Source: a virus (taxonomy: Duplodnaviria; Caudoviricetes). Taken from it: a stretch of DNA of 64,000 bases. Position 1 is the stretch's first letter, and the number at the start of each line of letters is the position of its first letter. The notes beneath the pieces are model-generated. The model saw only the letters and a list, made by a program, of their open reading frames with translations, did not search any database and had not been told where the DNA came from. The position numbers and the translations under genes were made by a program. Below are positions 45,891 through 54,430 of the stretch, in pieces. The stretch is from positions 1 to 64,000 of IMG/VR virus record IMGVR_UViG_3300032295_002421; one strand, given 5' to 3'.

Positions 45891-46301
45891 ATGAAAGAGA
45901 CAGTAAAGAAAAAATTGGTAGATCACATGTTAGCAAATGGTAATGACTTTTCTTATACAGAAATGATCGAGTTTATTTTAAAAACTAACTATGGAAAAGC
46001 ATATCAATATGATCATACCAGTTCAGACCGTGGTTACTATGCCACCAATTTCTCTAAGAAGTGGAATGGATATATGGTAAATGGTAAAGGTCCTTGCGGT
46101 GTGTACAAAAACGAAAATGGAAGGTACAGTGCTACCTATTATAAAAAAGTAGATAAAATGGAAGAAAAAAACATATATAAGAAACTGTTTGATACAGTAG
46201 AAAAAGCAGGAAAGTTAATCGCCAAATTCGGTGCTATATCTATTCCAGCTACAATGAAGAAAACCCCAAACGGAAAGTATATTGTAACATTCAAAATTTA
46301 A
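45891..46301 (+). CDS. Hypothetical protein
   Basis: 136-aa ORF. Confidence 0.7.
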   Translation: MKETVKKKLVDHMLANGNDFSYTEMIEFILKTNYGKAYQYDHTSSDRGYYATNFSKKWNGYMVNGKGPCGVYKNENGRYSATYYKKVDKMEEKNIYKKLFDTVEKAGKLIAKFGAISIPATMKKTPNGKYIVTFKI

Positions 46302-46311
46302 ATATAGAAAC

Positions 46312-46503
46312 ATGGATAAATTCAAACAACATTTCGAGGTATGGGAAAAGATCCTTATGGCTCTTGCCCTAATTGCATCAGCATCAGTATTGACAGTTAA
46401 TCTAAAGGAAGGAAATGATTATGGTTGGCAGGTTGTTGCTATCCTATGGATTGTAACCTGTTGGTTGAAAACAAACAAGATCAAAGAACTTGAAAATAAA
46501 TAA
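46312..46503 (+). CDS. Small two-TM membrane protein
   Basis: Two hydrophobic helices. Confidence 0.65.
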   Translation: MDKFKQHFEVWEKILMALALIASASVLTVNLKEGNDYGWQVVAILWIVTCWLKTNKIKELENK

Positions 46504-46505
46504 AT

Positions 46506-46670
46506 ATGAATTTTAGTTTTAACAGCAATTACAATACAATCTATTTCATTCCTACCATATCCATTTGTTATGAATATGTAGATAGTAAATTAGAATATAT
46601 GTTCTTGGATATTTCGTTCTTGAAATGGTGTGTCACTTTTACTATCAAAAAAATGGAATTGAAATTCTAA
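46506..46670 (+). CDS. Small hypothetical protein (54 aa)
   Basis: MNFSFNSNYNTIYFIPTISI...FLKW; gap-filling ORF. Confidence 0.45.
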   Translation: MNFSFNSNYNTIYFIPTISICYEYVDSKLEYMFLDISFLKWCVTFTIKKMELKF

Positions 46671-46716
46671 ACTCCGGGAAAAATTTAAATTTACAAAAAA
46701 CAATAAATACAAAAAT

Positions 46717-46965
46717 ATGAAAAAGACAGAACAATTCGAAATTAGCCCATTGACACGTATTCCAGGTGGATCCTTTATTACCATTGAATTCTCAGATGGT
46801 TCATCATCCAGAGGCGTGAACGTTAAACATGTAAGGAAATATATAGAGACTGTAATTACAGAATCTTTATTGAAAGGTCTGGATGTTACTAAGGCTTATT
46901 TTACTGGTGACCATGAATTGGTTTACGAGAATGGTAAGTTCTTTAATCTGGATAAGAAGGGATAA
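46717..46965 (+). CDS. Hypothetical protein
   Basis: 82-aa ORF. Confidence 0.65.
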   Translation: MKKTEQFEISPLTRIPGGSFITIEFSDGSSSRGVNVKHVRKYIETVITESLLKGLDVTKAYFTGDHELVYENGKFFNLDKKG

Positions 46966-47042
46966 TCCGGAAATGTCCAAAGTGATAAATTTGTAAATAC
47001 TATATTTTAGGGCCCCTATGCGGAAACGAAAACATTTATAAT

Positions 47043-47324
47043 ATGGCACTATTAACTATTCTATTGTCTATACTAATCTGCTTTATTGTTGTTAGGTTTG
47101 CTAGGTTCACTTTAGCAATTGCATCGATCTTATTAGGTCTAGTATTCCTAGGTGTTCTAATAATTCCTTTCAACCCTGCAGTTGGTATAGCAATGGTAAT
47201 AGTATTTGCCTGTTTAATATCTGTATTGATTATGGCACTCATGTTTTCCGGACTTGTATCTCTATTAGTAGTCACTCCGTTGTTATTATTGTGGCAAGGC
47301 ATAAAACTATTATTTAATAAGTAA
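47043..47324 (+). CDS. Highly hydrophobic three-TM membrane protein
   Basis: Almost entirely apolar, 93 aa. Confidence 0.7.
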   Translation: MALLTILLSILICFIVVRFARFTLAIASILLGLVFLGVLIIPFNPAVGIAMVIVFACLISVLIMALMFSGLVSLLVVTPLLLLWQGIKLLFNK

Positions 47325-47355
47325 TTCAATATTTATTAGTAGCAAAATTATTATA

Positions 47356-48576
47356 ATGAAAGATTTTAACATCGCAAAGTATTTAAAAGAAAACCATTTA
47401 GGTTCTCATGCTATTCTTGGTGCCTACGTAGATTTGCATAATTTAAAAGAAGAAGAGGAAACAAAGTTAGATACAGAAATTCCGTATGAAGGTCCAGAAC
47501 ATAAGCTGGATGGCTTTGGTGATGAATTTAAACAAGATAGTCCTGTAGAAGAAAAAGCAGGTAAAGATGATAGAGATAGTTTAATGGCAAAACTATTTGC
47601 TATTCAAAAAAGATTTGGATGGAAAAAAGTAAGTCGAGATCGAGAGCCATTTCAAAATATAAGAATAGCTGATGGTTTAAAATTAGTTCGTAATAACTAT
47701 GTTGAAGATGGTAGTATTACTATTGATATTGATAGTACAGTAAGTAAAGCTGCTTTTAGTGAGATCAGAAATTTACTACAAACAAAATTTCCTGATTGGA
47801 AAATAGATCCTAGCAGTGTTAGAAAAGATGTTGATCCTGATACTGATTCTAAGAATGTATTATTCTTTAATATAGTAAAAAATAAATCTGTTAAAGAAAA
47901 TAGTCCTGTAGAAGAACTTGAAAAGCCTGAGAAAATATATTCTAATGATTGGATGAATAACTCTATAGATGATAAAAGAGTTGGTAGTTGGACTTGTTAC
48001 TATACGGATCAAATGGGCACTATTTATTGGGTACATGATGATATCCCAGGTGAGCATATTATGGTTTATGCAACACCACATTGGGATGGGGCAGAAGGAA
48101 TAGCTATTGAAGTTCAAGTAGATTACGGTGAGCATACATTAGATCAAGAAGTTGTAGGTGATCCTTCATATCCTGATTTTGAAAGCTACGCCCAAGATAT
48201 GATTCCTGTTCTTAATAAAGTAGAATCTAAATATAAATCTGGTAAATATCACGATTATATTGATTATGGCGATTCTATGGATACTGATGATTCTGTAAAT
48301 CCATTTCCTTCAATAGTAGGAGATGATGATGATGATTCTGTAGGTCCAATTGCTGTTAAAGAAAAGGAATATGCTGATGATGAATATGATGATGAAGATG
48401 ATAGATTTGCTTCATTAGGTGGAGAGCAAATTAAATACGCAATAAAAAATCTAATGAATAGTGGTTTTGATAGTAGAGATATTGCACAATTTGTAATAGA
48501 TACTATTGATAGATTTGAATCTTTTAATGAAGAAGTAACTGTATCATCATCTGGTGTTCAAATGGAAAAAAAATAA
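47356..48576 (+). CDS. Putative internal head (poly)protein, acidic
   Basis: MKDFNIAKYLKE leader; repeated LKE/VKE/PVEE motifs separating domains; ATATTTAT upstream (47329). Confidence 0.55.
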   Translation: MKDFNIAKYLKENHLGSHAILGAYVDLHNLKEEEETKLDTEIPYEGPEHKLDGFGDEFKQDSPVEEKAGKDDRDSLMAKLFAIQKRFGWKKVSRDREPFQNIRIADGLKLVRNNYVEDGSITIDIDSTVSKAAFSEIRNLLQTKFPDWKIDPSSVRKDVDPDTDSKNVLFFNIVKNKSVKENSPVEELEKPEKIYSNDWMNNSIDDKRVGSWTCYYTDQMGTIYWVHDDIPGEHIMVYATPHWDGAEGIAIEVQVDYGEHTLDQEVVGDPSYPDFESYAQDMIPVLNKVESKYKSGKYHDYIDYGDSMDTDDSVNPFPSIVGDDDDDSVGPIAVKEKEYADDEYDDEDDRFASLGGEQIKYAIKNLMNSGFDSRDIAQFVIDTIDRFESFNEEVTVSSSGVQMEKK

Positions 48577-48579
48577 ACT

Positions 48580-48819
48580 ATGGCATTTAACTTTAAGCAA
48601 TTTACAGCAAATAATCCTCTTCTAAAAGAAATTGATGCAGAAGAATTTGATTATATGGATAATGATCAATTAGATGCAGCAGGTCTTACAGGAGATAAGA
48701 TAGGCCCAGATGAAGCAGGAAGTTCTTTTCCTAGAGTTGAATTTGAAGAAGCCGTGATCAAAGCTTTAAAAGCAGGTATAGATAAAAATACTCTGCATAA
48801 GATAATTGATTGGAATTAA
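48580..48819 (+). CDS. Putative small internal head protein
   Basis: MAFNFKQF...LLKE leader. Confidence 0.5.
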   Translation: MAFNFKQFTANNPLLKEIDAEEFDYMDNDQLDAAGLTGDKIGPDEAGSSFPRVEFEEAVIKALKAGIDKNTLHKIIDWN

Positions 48820-48840
48820 CCTTTGCAAGCCCATACATAT

Positions 48841-48869
48841 AGCCCTCGGCAAGTGCCAGGGCTTTTTTT
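48841..48869. terminator. Terminator at convergence of the + and - gene blocks
   Basis: AGCCCT-C-GGC-AAGT-GCC-AGGGCT followed by a T-run. Confidence 0.8.
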
Positions 48870-49323
48870 ATTCTACATCCTTTCTATAGAACCTACCTTG
48901 GATATTATCGTTATATGAATCTATATGAAGAACTTTGTAGTGCATTTGCCACCAAACTTCGTAATAAGTCAATTGTTTCTTAGAGTAACATAATTGTAAG
49001 ATCTCTCTAGCAAACATGTCGTCTCCTATTTCTTTTCTTTCTTGATTAAGAAGCTTATTACTTCCATGGTATGATAACCAATCGGACTCTTTAACTATCT
49101 TCCTCTTGCGTGGGACGCGCCCAGGTTTGTCCCATTCCGCGATCTCCTTTTTGGTTAATGCTTTATTGGTATTATTGAAAAGAACCTTTCTACCTATATA
49201 GAATTTGCCATTAACTAGATTGACAATCTTATATATAAAGCCAACAGTATTGGATGGAAAGTCTTCTATTGAATTAAACTCTCTAGTAACTCCTAGAGGA
49301 TCAAAATATAACCATTTTCTCAT
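48868..49323 (-). CDS. GIY-YIG nuclease (T4 endonuclease II-like)
   Basis: GFIYKI-N-NGKFYIGRK...DW-Y-GS...F-REIL...E. Confidence 0.85.
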   Translation of the reverse strand: MRKWLYFDPLGVTREFNSIEDFPSNTVGFIYKIVNLVNGKFYIGRKVLFNNTNKALTKKEIAEWDKPGRVPRKRKIVKESDWLSYHGSNKLLNQERKEIGDDMFAREILQLCYSKKQLTYYEVWWQMHYKVLHIDSYNDNIQGRFYRKDVE

Positions 49324-49333
49324 ACTTTATTTT

Positions 49334-49723
49334 TTAGCTATCCCACCTTACAATAAAAGTCATATCTGTATTTGGTGGTATTGGATATGGTCTAGACAAT
49401 TTTCCTACTACTAATAATTCATCTTGATCATTATATAATCCTATTGTAGTTACATAAGGATGAAAATCTGAACCTGTTATTGCATCTATATATGAACCTG
49501 AAGTTCCTGCTTTTGTAGCACTAAGATTTTGTGTATAATTAAAATCATTTTCTTTTACTTTACACCTAACTTCATTCTGATATATAGTTATTTCTGATTG
49601 CAAAGACATTGTAAATGGGGAATACGAAATGAGCTCAGTATCTGTAATAAGATAGTTATTTTCATCTTCTGTTATAAGAAATAATGAATCTTCTGCCGTT
49701 AAAAAAGTAACTACTGCTGACAT
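49334..49723 (-). CDS. C-terminal half of a baseplate/tail-collar-like virion protein
   Basis: TIYQNEVRCKVKENDFNYTQN...TTIGLYNDQDELLVVGKLSRP aligns with the C-terminus of 53388..54419. Confidence 0.75.
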   Translation of the reverse strand: MSAVVTFLTAEDSLFLITEDENNYLITDTELISYSPFTMSLQSEITIYQNEVRCKVKENDFNYTQNLSATKAGTSGSYIDAITGSDFHPYVTTIGLYNDQDELLVVGKLSRPYPIPPNTDMTFIVRWDS

Positions 49724-49725
49724 AC

Positions 49726-50337
49726 CTATAAATATTCAGATTTTATTTCTTCCCACAAAAATTTTGTTACCTCTTTATTATAGTTATCTTGATAAAAATA
49801 TGGTCCATTTTTTGGAGTTAAATAAACCCTTTCTTTACTTTCCATAGTTATTGCTATATCACAAAACTGATTAGTTGATAAAGAATCTATTAAAAATTTC
49901 ATCATTAATTTTGCTGATTTAATATTAGGTATTAAACAAGGAGTTAATGATAGCATATAGTAAACTCTGTAAAAATCATTATTAAAATCTTTTATCTCCA
50001 TATTTGGTTTTATCCCTCCACAATTATATAAACTACCTCCTAAAAAAATAAAATCACATTCATCTGGTATATTAATACTTTCTGGTAGCGGTCTTATTAA
50101 TTCCATATCATCATCTATTGATATAAAAGGAAATTTATTTTTTTCTATTGCATCACATATTAATTTTATTTGTCCAAAAGAAATTCTATCTTGTCTTAGA
50201 TCTAGTTTTATGTCATTAGATATTCTATAATACTCTAAATTTAAATTATTAAATAAGGCTTCTATTTTATTTCTTCTATCCGTATATCCTTCATAATTTA
50301 AGTAATAAAATGGTATATCAATTAATTTTACATCCAT
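49726..50337 (-). CDS. GT25-like glycosyltransferase
   Basis: FYYLN...DRR, SFGQIKL, ISIDDD, DFIFLG, MLS-C. Confidence 0.7.
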   Translation of the reverse strand: MDVKLIDIPFYYLNYEGYTDRRNKIEALFNNLNLEYYRISNDIKLDLRQDRISFGQIKLICDAIEKNKFPFISIDDDMELIRPLPESINIPDECDFIFLGGSLYNCGGIKPNMEIKDFNNDFYRVYYMLSLTPCLIPNIKSAKLMMKFLIDSLSTNQFCDIAITMESKERVYLTPKNGPYFYQDNYNKEVTKFLWEEIKSEYL

Positions 50338-51083
50338 AGTATAGTATTATTAGATATATTAAATATTTGGTTTTTATTTTCTAATAAAACTTTTTTATGA
50401 TTTTCTATATCTAGTAAAGGATTTCTAGTTTCTCCTAACCCTCCCTTATCGCTTATATCAAACATAAAGTTTTCACATTTAACAGTATGAGGAGGATTAA
50501 AATGAAAATAAGCATTTATATAACTTTCATCATTTACACCGGGTTCGTATGGTATTTTTTTATCTTCTATTTGCCAATCTCTTAACGTTTTACAAAAATT
50601 TATAACCACATCTTTTTTTCCGCCAAAAAAAGCTCCGTAATGGTATGTGTAAGGAAGTGGACTGTCTTCTGGTACATATGCCTTAGAGTCTTTAAATCTA
50701 TCAAACCCCTTTCCTCCAGATAAAAAAGATCTATTTCCATAATGCTCTCCGCCTACAAGATCTCCTAAAAACCAATTTTCCGTAAAATCTTTAGATACAT
50801 TAGTATCTGCATCAAAATAATATAAATAATCGCAATCTATTTCCTCTAATAAAATAATATTTTTAAATTTTGAATTTGTTCCATCAACCCAATTACTATG
50901 CATTTCTTGATAAAACTTTACATTTATTTCAGATGGTAGATATGGTTTAGGATCTGTATCAGAAAAAAAGTAAAATTCTATATTTAAATTACCTTTATAA
51001 TGATGAATAAATTTTTTTATAAATCTAATTCCAAGTAAAAAATAAGCATTAGTAGCTATTAAAACTATTCCTATTTTTTTCAT
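50328..51083 (-). CDS. GT6 family (ABO/alpha-1,3-Gal/GalNAc transferase-like) glycosyltransferase
   Basis: IGIVLIATNAY, YFFSD, YYFDAD, YHYGAFFGG, NDESYINAYF. Confidence 0.85.
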   Translation of the reverse strand: MKKIGIVLIATNAYFLLGIRFIKKFIHHYKGNLNIEFYFFSDTDPKPYLPSEINVKFYQEMHSNWVDGTNSKFKNIILLEEIDCDYLYYFDADTNVSKDFTENWFLGDLVGGEHYGNRSFLSGGKGFDRFKDSKAYVPEDSPLPYTYHYGAFFGGKKDVVINFCKTLRDWQIEDKKIPYEPGVNDESYINAYFHFNPPHTVKCENFMFDISDKGGLGETRNPLLDIENHKKVLLENKNQIFNISNNTILWM

Positions 51084-52036
51084 ATTAAAGGAGATTTTTT
51101 TTCTACTTCTTGTATTTCTTGATAGTATTTATAACTTGCTGTTCCTTCTTTTATTCTAAGATTTAAATTATATGGTACAAAATCTCTATATTGAGCTTTG
51201 TAAAATTTACCTCCGCAGGAACAAGTAACTCCAGCATTATGAAATATATTAGTTTCATTAAATCTTTCTTCTGTATCTGTACCCCAACAAAAATCTAATT
51301 CTTTTATTACTTTAGTTTCTTGACCATTTAACCAACCATTCCATAGTACTGCCCACATATCTGCACACCATATTTGGAGTTCATGATATGATTCGTTTTC
51401 TTGTTTTTTTAAATTATTTAATTGTGTAATTTGAAAATATAATTCTTCACAATCTTTTTCTACTTTTTCCCAAAATGTATAATCAATATTTTTAAGAATA
51501 TATTGAGCACCACCTGAATTAGAATTCATTAATTTAGGAATAACTGGATCCATTCCGATTATTTCACACATTTTTAAATAAACATCTTCACCTTTACCTT
51601 TTATATAATTATAATTTATGTAACTATTAGTATCACTTAAATACCAAATATTATCATTTACAAATTTATTCCAATCAACTGGTTTTGTAAAAATAATATC
51701 GCAATCATGATAAAATATAGCTTCATTAAAAAGTTCTGGGTGTTCTTTAAAATGTTGTTTTAATATATTTGGTCTTATTGAAGAAATATATTTTATTGGA
51801 TGTTTTCTAGTGTCTGGATAAAAGAAAAATCTTACTGTATCGTAATAGGTTGTTAGTTTATCCCATATTTCAATTACTTCTGGATTACTAGTTTCATCAT
51901 TAGGATTACAAGCAATAAGAATATCAATATTATTTGGATTTATACCATTTTTAATAAAGTTATTTATCATAACTTCTACTTGCCAAGCATAATAAATAAG
52001 TCTTGGTTGAACACAAATGTAACGTAAATTTTTCAT
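51080..52036 (-). CDS. Peptidyl hydroxy-amino-acid O-glycosyltransferase-like (SERGT1/GT96 or HPAT/GT95-like GT-A)
   Basis: YYAWQVEVMINNF, YISSIRP, FYHDCDIIF-KP, GGAQY, WCADMWA parallel the plant SERGT/HPAT motifs (YFDWQ, INKP, LDADMI-GP, GG, WISEMY). Confidence 0.65.
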   Translation of the reverse strand: MKNLRYICVQPRLIYYAWQVEVMINNFIKNGINPNNIDILIACNPNDETSNPEVIEIWDKLTTYYDTVRFFFYPDTRKHPIKYISSIRPNILKQHFKEHPELFNEAIFYHDCDIIFTKPVDWNKFVNDNIWYLSDTNSYINYNYIKGKGEDVYLKMCEIIGMDPVIPKLMNSNSGGAQYILKNIDYTFWEKVEKDCEELYFQITQLNNLKKQENESYHELQIWCADMWAVLWNGWLNGQETKVIKELDFCWGTDTEERFNETNIFHNAGVTCSCGGKFYKAQYRDFVPYNLNLRIKEGTASYKYYQEIQEVEKKSPLI

Positions 52037-52065
52037 AACAATTTTATTTTTATTTTTTATTTATT

Positions 52066-53364
52066 TTAACATGGTACAGATGATACCGAAATTCCAGGAC
52101 CAGGACCATAAGAGAAAGTATTATCTCTTACACACGGCGTATTTACAGAACTAAATGTATTAACACTACCACCTGTTGAATTATTATTTTCACACAAATT
52201 ACCAGTCCAAGACGTACCTGTACCTTGAGTTTCTATTGTATAAACTGAACATGTAGGTACTTCTGTAGTTGTTGTTGTTGTTGTGCTAGTAGTTGTCGTA
52301 GTAGTGGTTGTCGTAGTAGTAGTTGTTGTAGTAGTCGTAGTTTCAGATGCAGAAGCACTTACATAATAAGATTTACCTGAAGCTGCTGTAAATGTATAAG
52401 AATTTACTGTTGCAGGTATTGATCCAGGGGTTGATATATTATTATGTAAAACTGTAGAATCAGTTAGATTTTCTATATATAATCTATAAGAACCCAATGT
52501 ACCACCTTGACTATTTTGTTGTGAATATATAGAACTTCCTGCAGAAGCTATAAAACTATTATTTTCTGTGGAGAACGATGATACTACATTTGTACCATCA
52601 TCATTTATTAATAAGTCAGAATCTACATAAGGACTAGCTAATTCTGTATTTGCCCAAAATATAGTAGCTGGTACTTCTGTTGTAGTAGTAGTCGTTGTAC
52701 TAGTTGTTGTTGTAGTCGGCGCTGCTGTAGTTGTTGTAGTTGTGGTACTAGTTGTTGTTGTACTAGTTGTTGTTGTAGTCGGCGCCGCCGTAGTTGTTGT
52801 AGTCGTTGTACTAGTTGTAGTTGTGGTCGTAGTAGAATCTATTATAGCGTTTCTATAATCTAAATTAGTTATTACAACTATACCTTGATTATATAAAATA
52901 TTTCCTACATGTATATTAAGATTATCTGTATCTATAATATTTCCATTACCATCATCTATAATATTATAAGTTAATCCTGTTAAATTAAAACTCTTTCTAC
53001 TTATATTTTCTCCAAATACAGTTCTTGGTATAGATATAACAGTTATTTCATCGCTAGATGATATTGGAAAATATCTAAAATCATTATCAAAAGTACCTTC
53101 TGCTGCTGTTGATTGAAGATTATCATTCCATGCACTAGCTGAATTATCTAAATTTCCTGTAATATAAGAATTATAATATAATTGTTGTGCTAGTTTGTAT
53201 ACAAGAAATTCAGTTTTGTTTACATTAAAAGATCCATTAATTCCTCTATTAACAGTTATTCCACTATTAATAACAGAAGAACTAAAGTAAGATGCAGAGT
53301 ATTTTAACTTTATAGGATAAGTAGAAATATCTGACCTATCAAGAGTATTTTTTGATGATCCCAT
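52066..53364 (-). CDS. Virion protein: conserved N-domain + mucin-like poly-Thr stalks + two small beta/Cys domains
   Basis: ISIPRTVFGENI-SFNL, DDGNGN, GNILYNQGIVVITN N-domain; two Thr tracts each ending in TEVP; 4-Cys C-terminal domain. Confidence 0.85.
   Translation of the reverse strand: MGSSKNTLDRSDISTYPIKLKYSASYFSSSVINSGITVNRGINGSFNVNKTEFLVYKLAQQLYYNSYITGNLDNSASAWNDNLQSTAAEGTFDNDFRYFPISSSDEITVISIPRTVFGENISRKSFNLTGLTYNIIDDGNGNIIDTDNLNIHVGNILYNQGIVVITNLDYRNAIIDSTTTTTTTSTTTTTTTAAPTTTTTSTTTTSTTTTTTTAAPTTTTTSTTTTTTTEVPATIFWANTELASPYVDSDLLINDDGTNVVSSFSTENNSFIASAGSSIYSQQNSQGGTLGSYRLYIENLTDSTVLHNNISTPGSIPATVNSYTFTAASGKSYYVSASASETTTTTTTTTTTTTTTTTTSTTTTTTTEVPTCSVYTIETQGTGTSWTGNLCENNNSTGGSVNTFSSVNTPCVRDNTFSYGPGPGISVSSVPC
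52264..52341 (-). repeat. Poly-Thr tract 2 (25 Thr + 1 Ser in 26 codons)
   Basis: Mixed ACN codons. Confidence 0.95.
52678..52836 (-). repeat. Poly-Thr tract 1 (42 Thr, 5 Ser, 2 x AAP in 53 codons)
   Basis: Two copies of TTTTTAAPTTTTTST with mixed ACN codons. Confidence 0.95.
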
Positions 53365-53387
53365 TTACAAACTGTTATAGTAGTTTC

Positions 53388-54419
53388 CTACCAATCTAAT
53401 TTAACTCTAATAAGAGCTTCTTTAGTAAAATCTTTAGTTAGTGGCTTAGACATTTTAGCCACAGCTAACAATTCATTATTATCATTATATAATCCTACTG
53501 ATGTTGGAAATGTTTGAGGACTATTAATAAAATTAGAATATATTAAATCACCAGATCCTGTAAAAAATGATGGATTAGTAGTATAATTATAATCTGAATT
53601 TTTAACTCTAACAAATAGATAGTTTGAAGAAATTGTTTCCTGAGAATTTAATTGGAAAAAAGATCCACTATTAATTGTTCTAAAAATTAGATTATTATTA
53701 AAACTAGCTGCATTTGAAGTAACCGCTGTAGAAAAAGAAGTTCCAATACCACCGTCTCCTGATGCTAAAGAAAGCGCTCTTGGATTTAAAAGTATCAATC
53801 CGATATCAGGTAAAAATAATCCATAACTACCAGAAACTGTATATCCCTTAGTAGCTCCTGTTAATGTAGGACTATTTCTTGCGGTACCATTAGATCCTGA
53901 TACTATATTATAAACTCTTCCGCCGTCTAAATACGATATGATATTTATATCATTAGAATTGTCTGTTAATTTTATAGGTCCACTACCTGCGTTTGCAAGA
54001 TATAAATTAAAAGTACCAGGAAATAAACTCTCTTTATATTTATTTCTATCAATTTGAATAGCAATTAAATCATCAGAGTCTACGTTTCCAGTTCCAAAAT
54101 TAATTGAACTTTCAGCGTCTCCGTAAATTAAATTTCTAAATTGTCCAAAAGTAATTCTAGTAGGACTATTACCTGTAACTATTGGATTTAATGGAGCAGA
54201 TCCTGATCCTGCATAATGTCCATAAGCAACAGAAAATTGAATAGAAGCTGATGGGGAAACAATAGATCCATCATAAACATCTACATAATAACTTCCTGTA
54301 GAACTAGCTGATGCTGTAAAAAAATTAGTAAGAATAGTTACATTATTACTCCATGCCGGTGCTGTTACCGAGTCAGATGATATGACAAAATCTGATGCTT
54401 CTAATCTTGTAAATGACAT
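53388..54419 (-). CDS. Virion baseplate/tail-collar-like protein (intact paralogue of the split gene)
   Basis: Contains both the N-type motifs (IQIDR-KE-GTFNL, YGLFLPDIGLI) and the C-type motif TSVGLYNDNNELLAVAKMSKP. Confidence 0.75.
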   Translation of the reverse strand: MSFTRLEASDFVISSDSVTAPAWSNNVTILTNFFTASASSTGSYYVDVYDGSIVSPSASIQFSVAYGHYAGSGSAPLNPIVTGNSPTRITFGQFRNLIYGDAESSINFGTGNVDSDDLIAIQIDRNKYKESLFPGTFNLYLANAGSGPIKLTDNSNDINIISYLDGGRVYNIVSGSNGTARNSPTLTGATKGYTVSGSYGLFLPDIGLILLNPRALSLASGDGGIGTSFSTAVTSNAASFNNNLIFRTINSGSFFQLNSQETISSNYLFVRVKNSDYNYTTNPSFFTGSGDLIYSNFINSPQTFPTSVGLYNDNNELLAVAKMSKPLTKDFTKEALIRVKLDW

Positions 54420-54430
54420 ATTTTATTATA

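Noticed and set aside
25605-47329. Antisense or overlapping ORFs 25605..25793, 29371..29565, 31923..32198, 32868..33083, 35905..36129, 41176..41388, 41309..41518, 42735..42923, 43229..43588, 43503..43739, 44058..44249, 46590..46784, 46867..47049, 47036..47329
   Set aside because: They conflict with better-supported + strand genes or fall in low-complexity non-coding DNA; none has recognisable features.
48868-49323. Mobile homing endonuclease or intron
   Set aside because: It is a short catalytic-only GIY-YIG without NUMOD DNA-binding repeats, sits at the operon end and interrupts no gene; more like T4 endonuclease II.
52264-52836. Poly-Thr tracts as a slippage microsatellite or assembly artefact
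   Set aside because: All four Thr codons are interleaved, the frame is preserved and Ser/AAP spacers are regular, which indicates protein-level selection.
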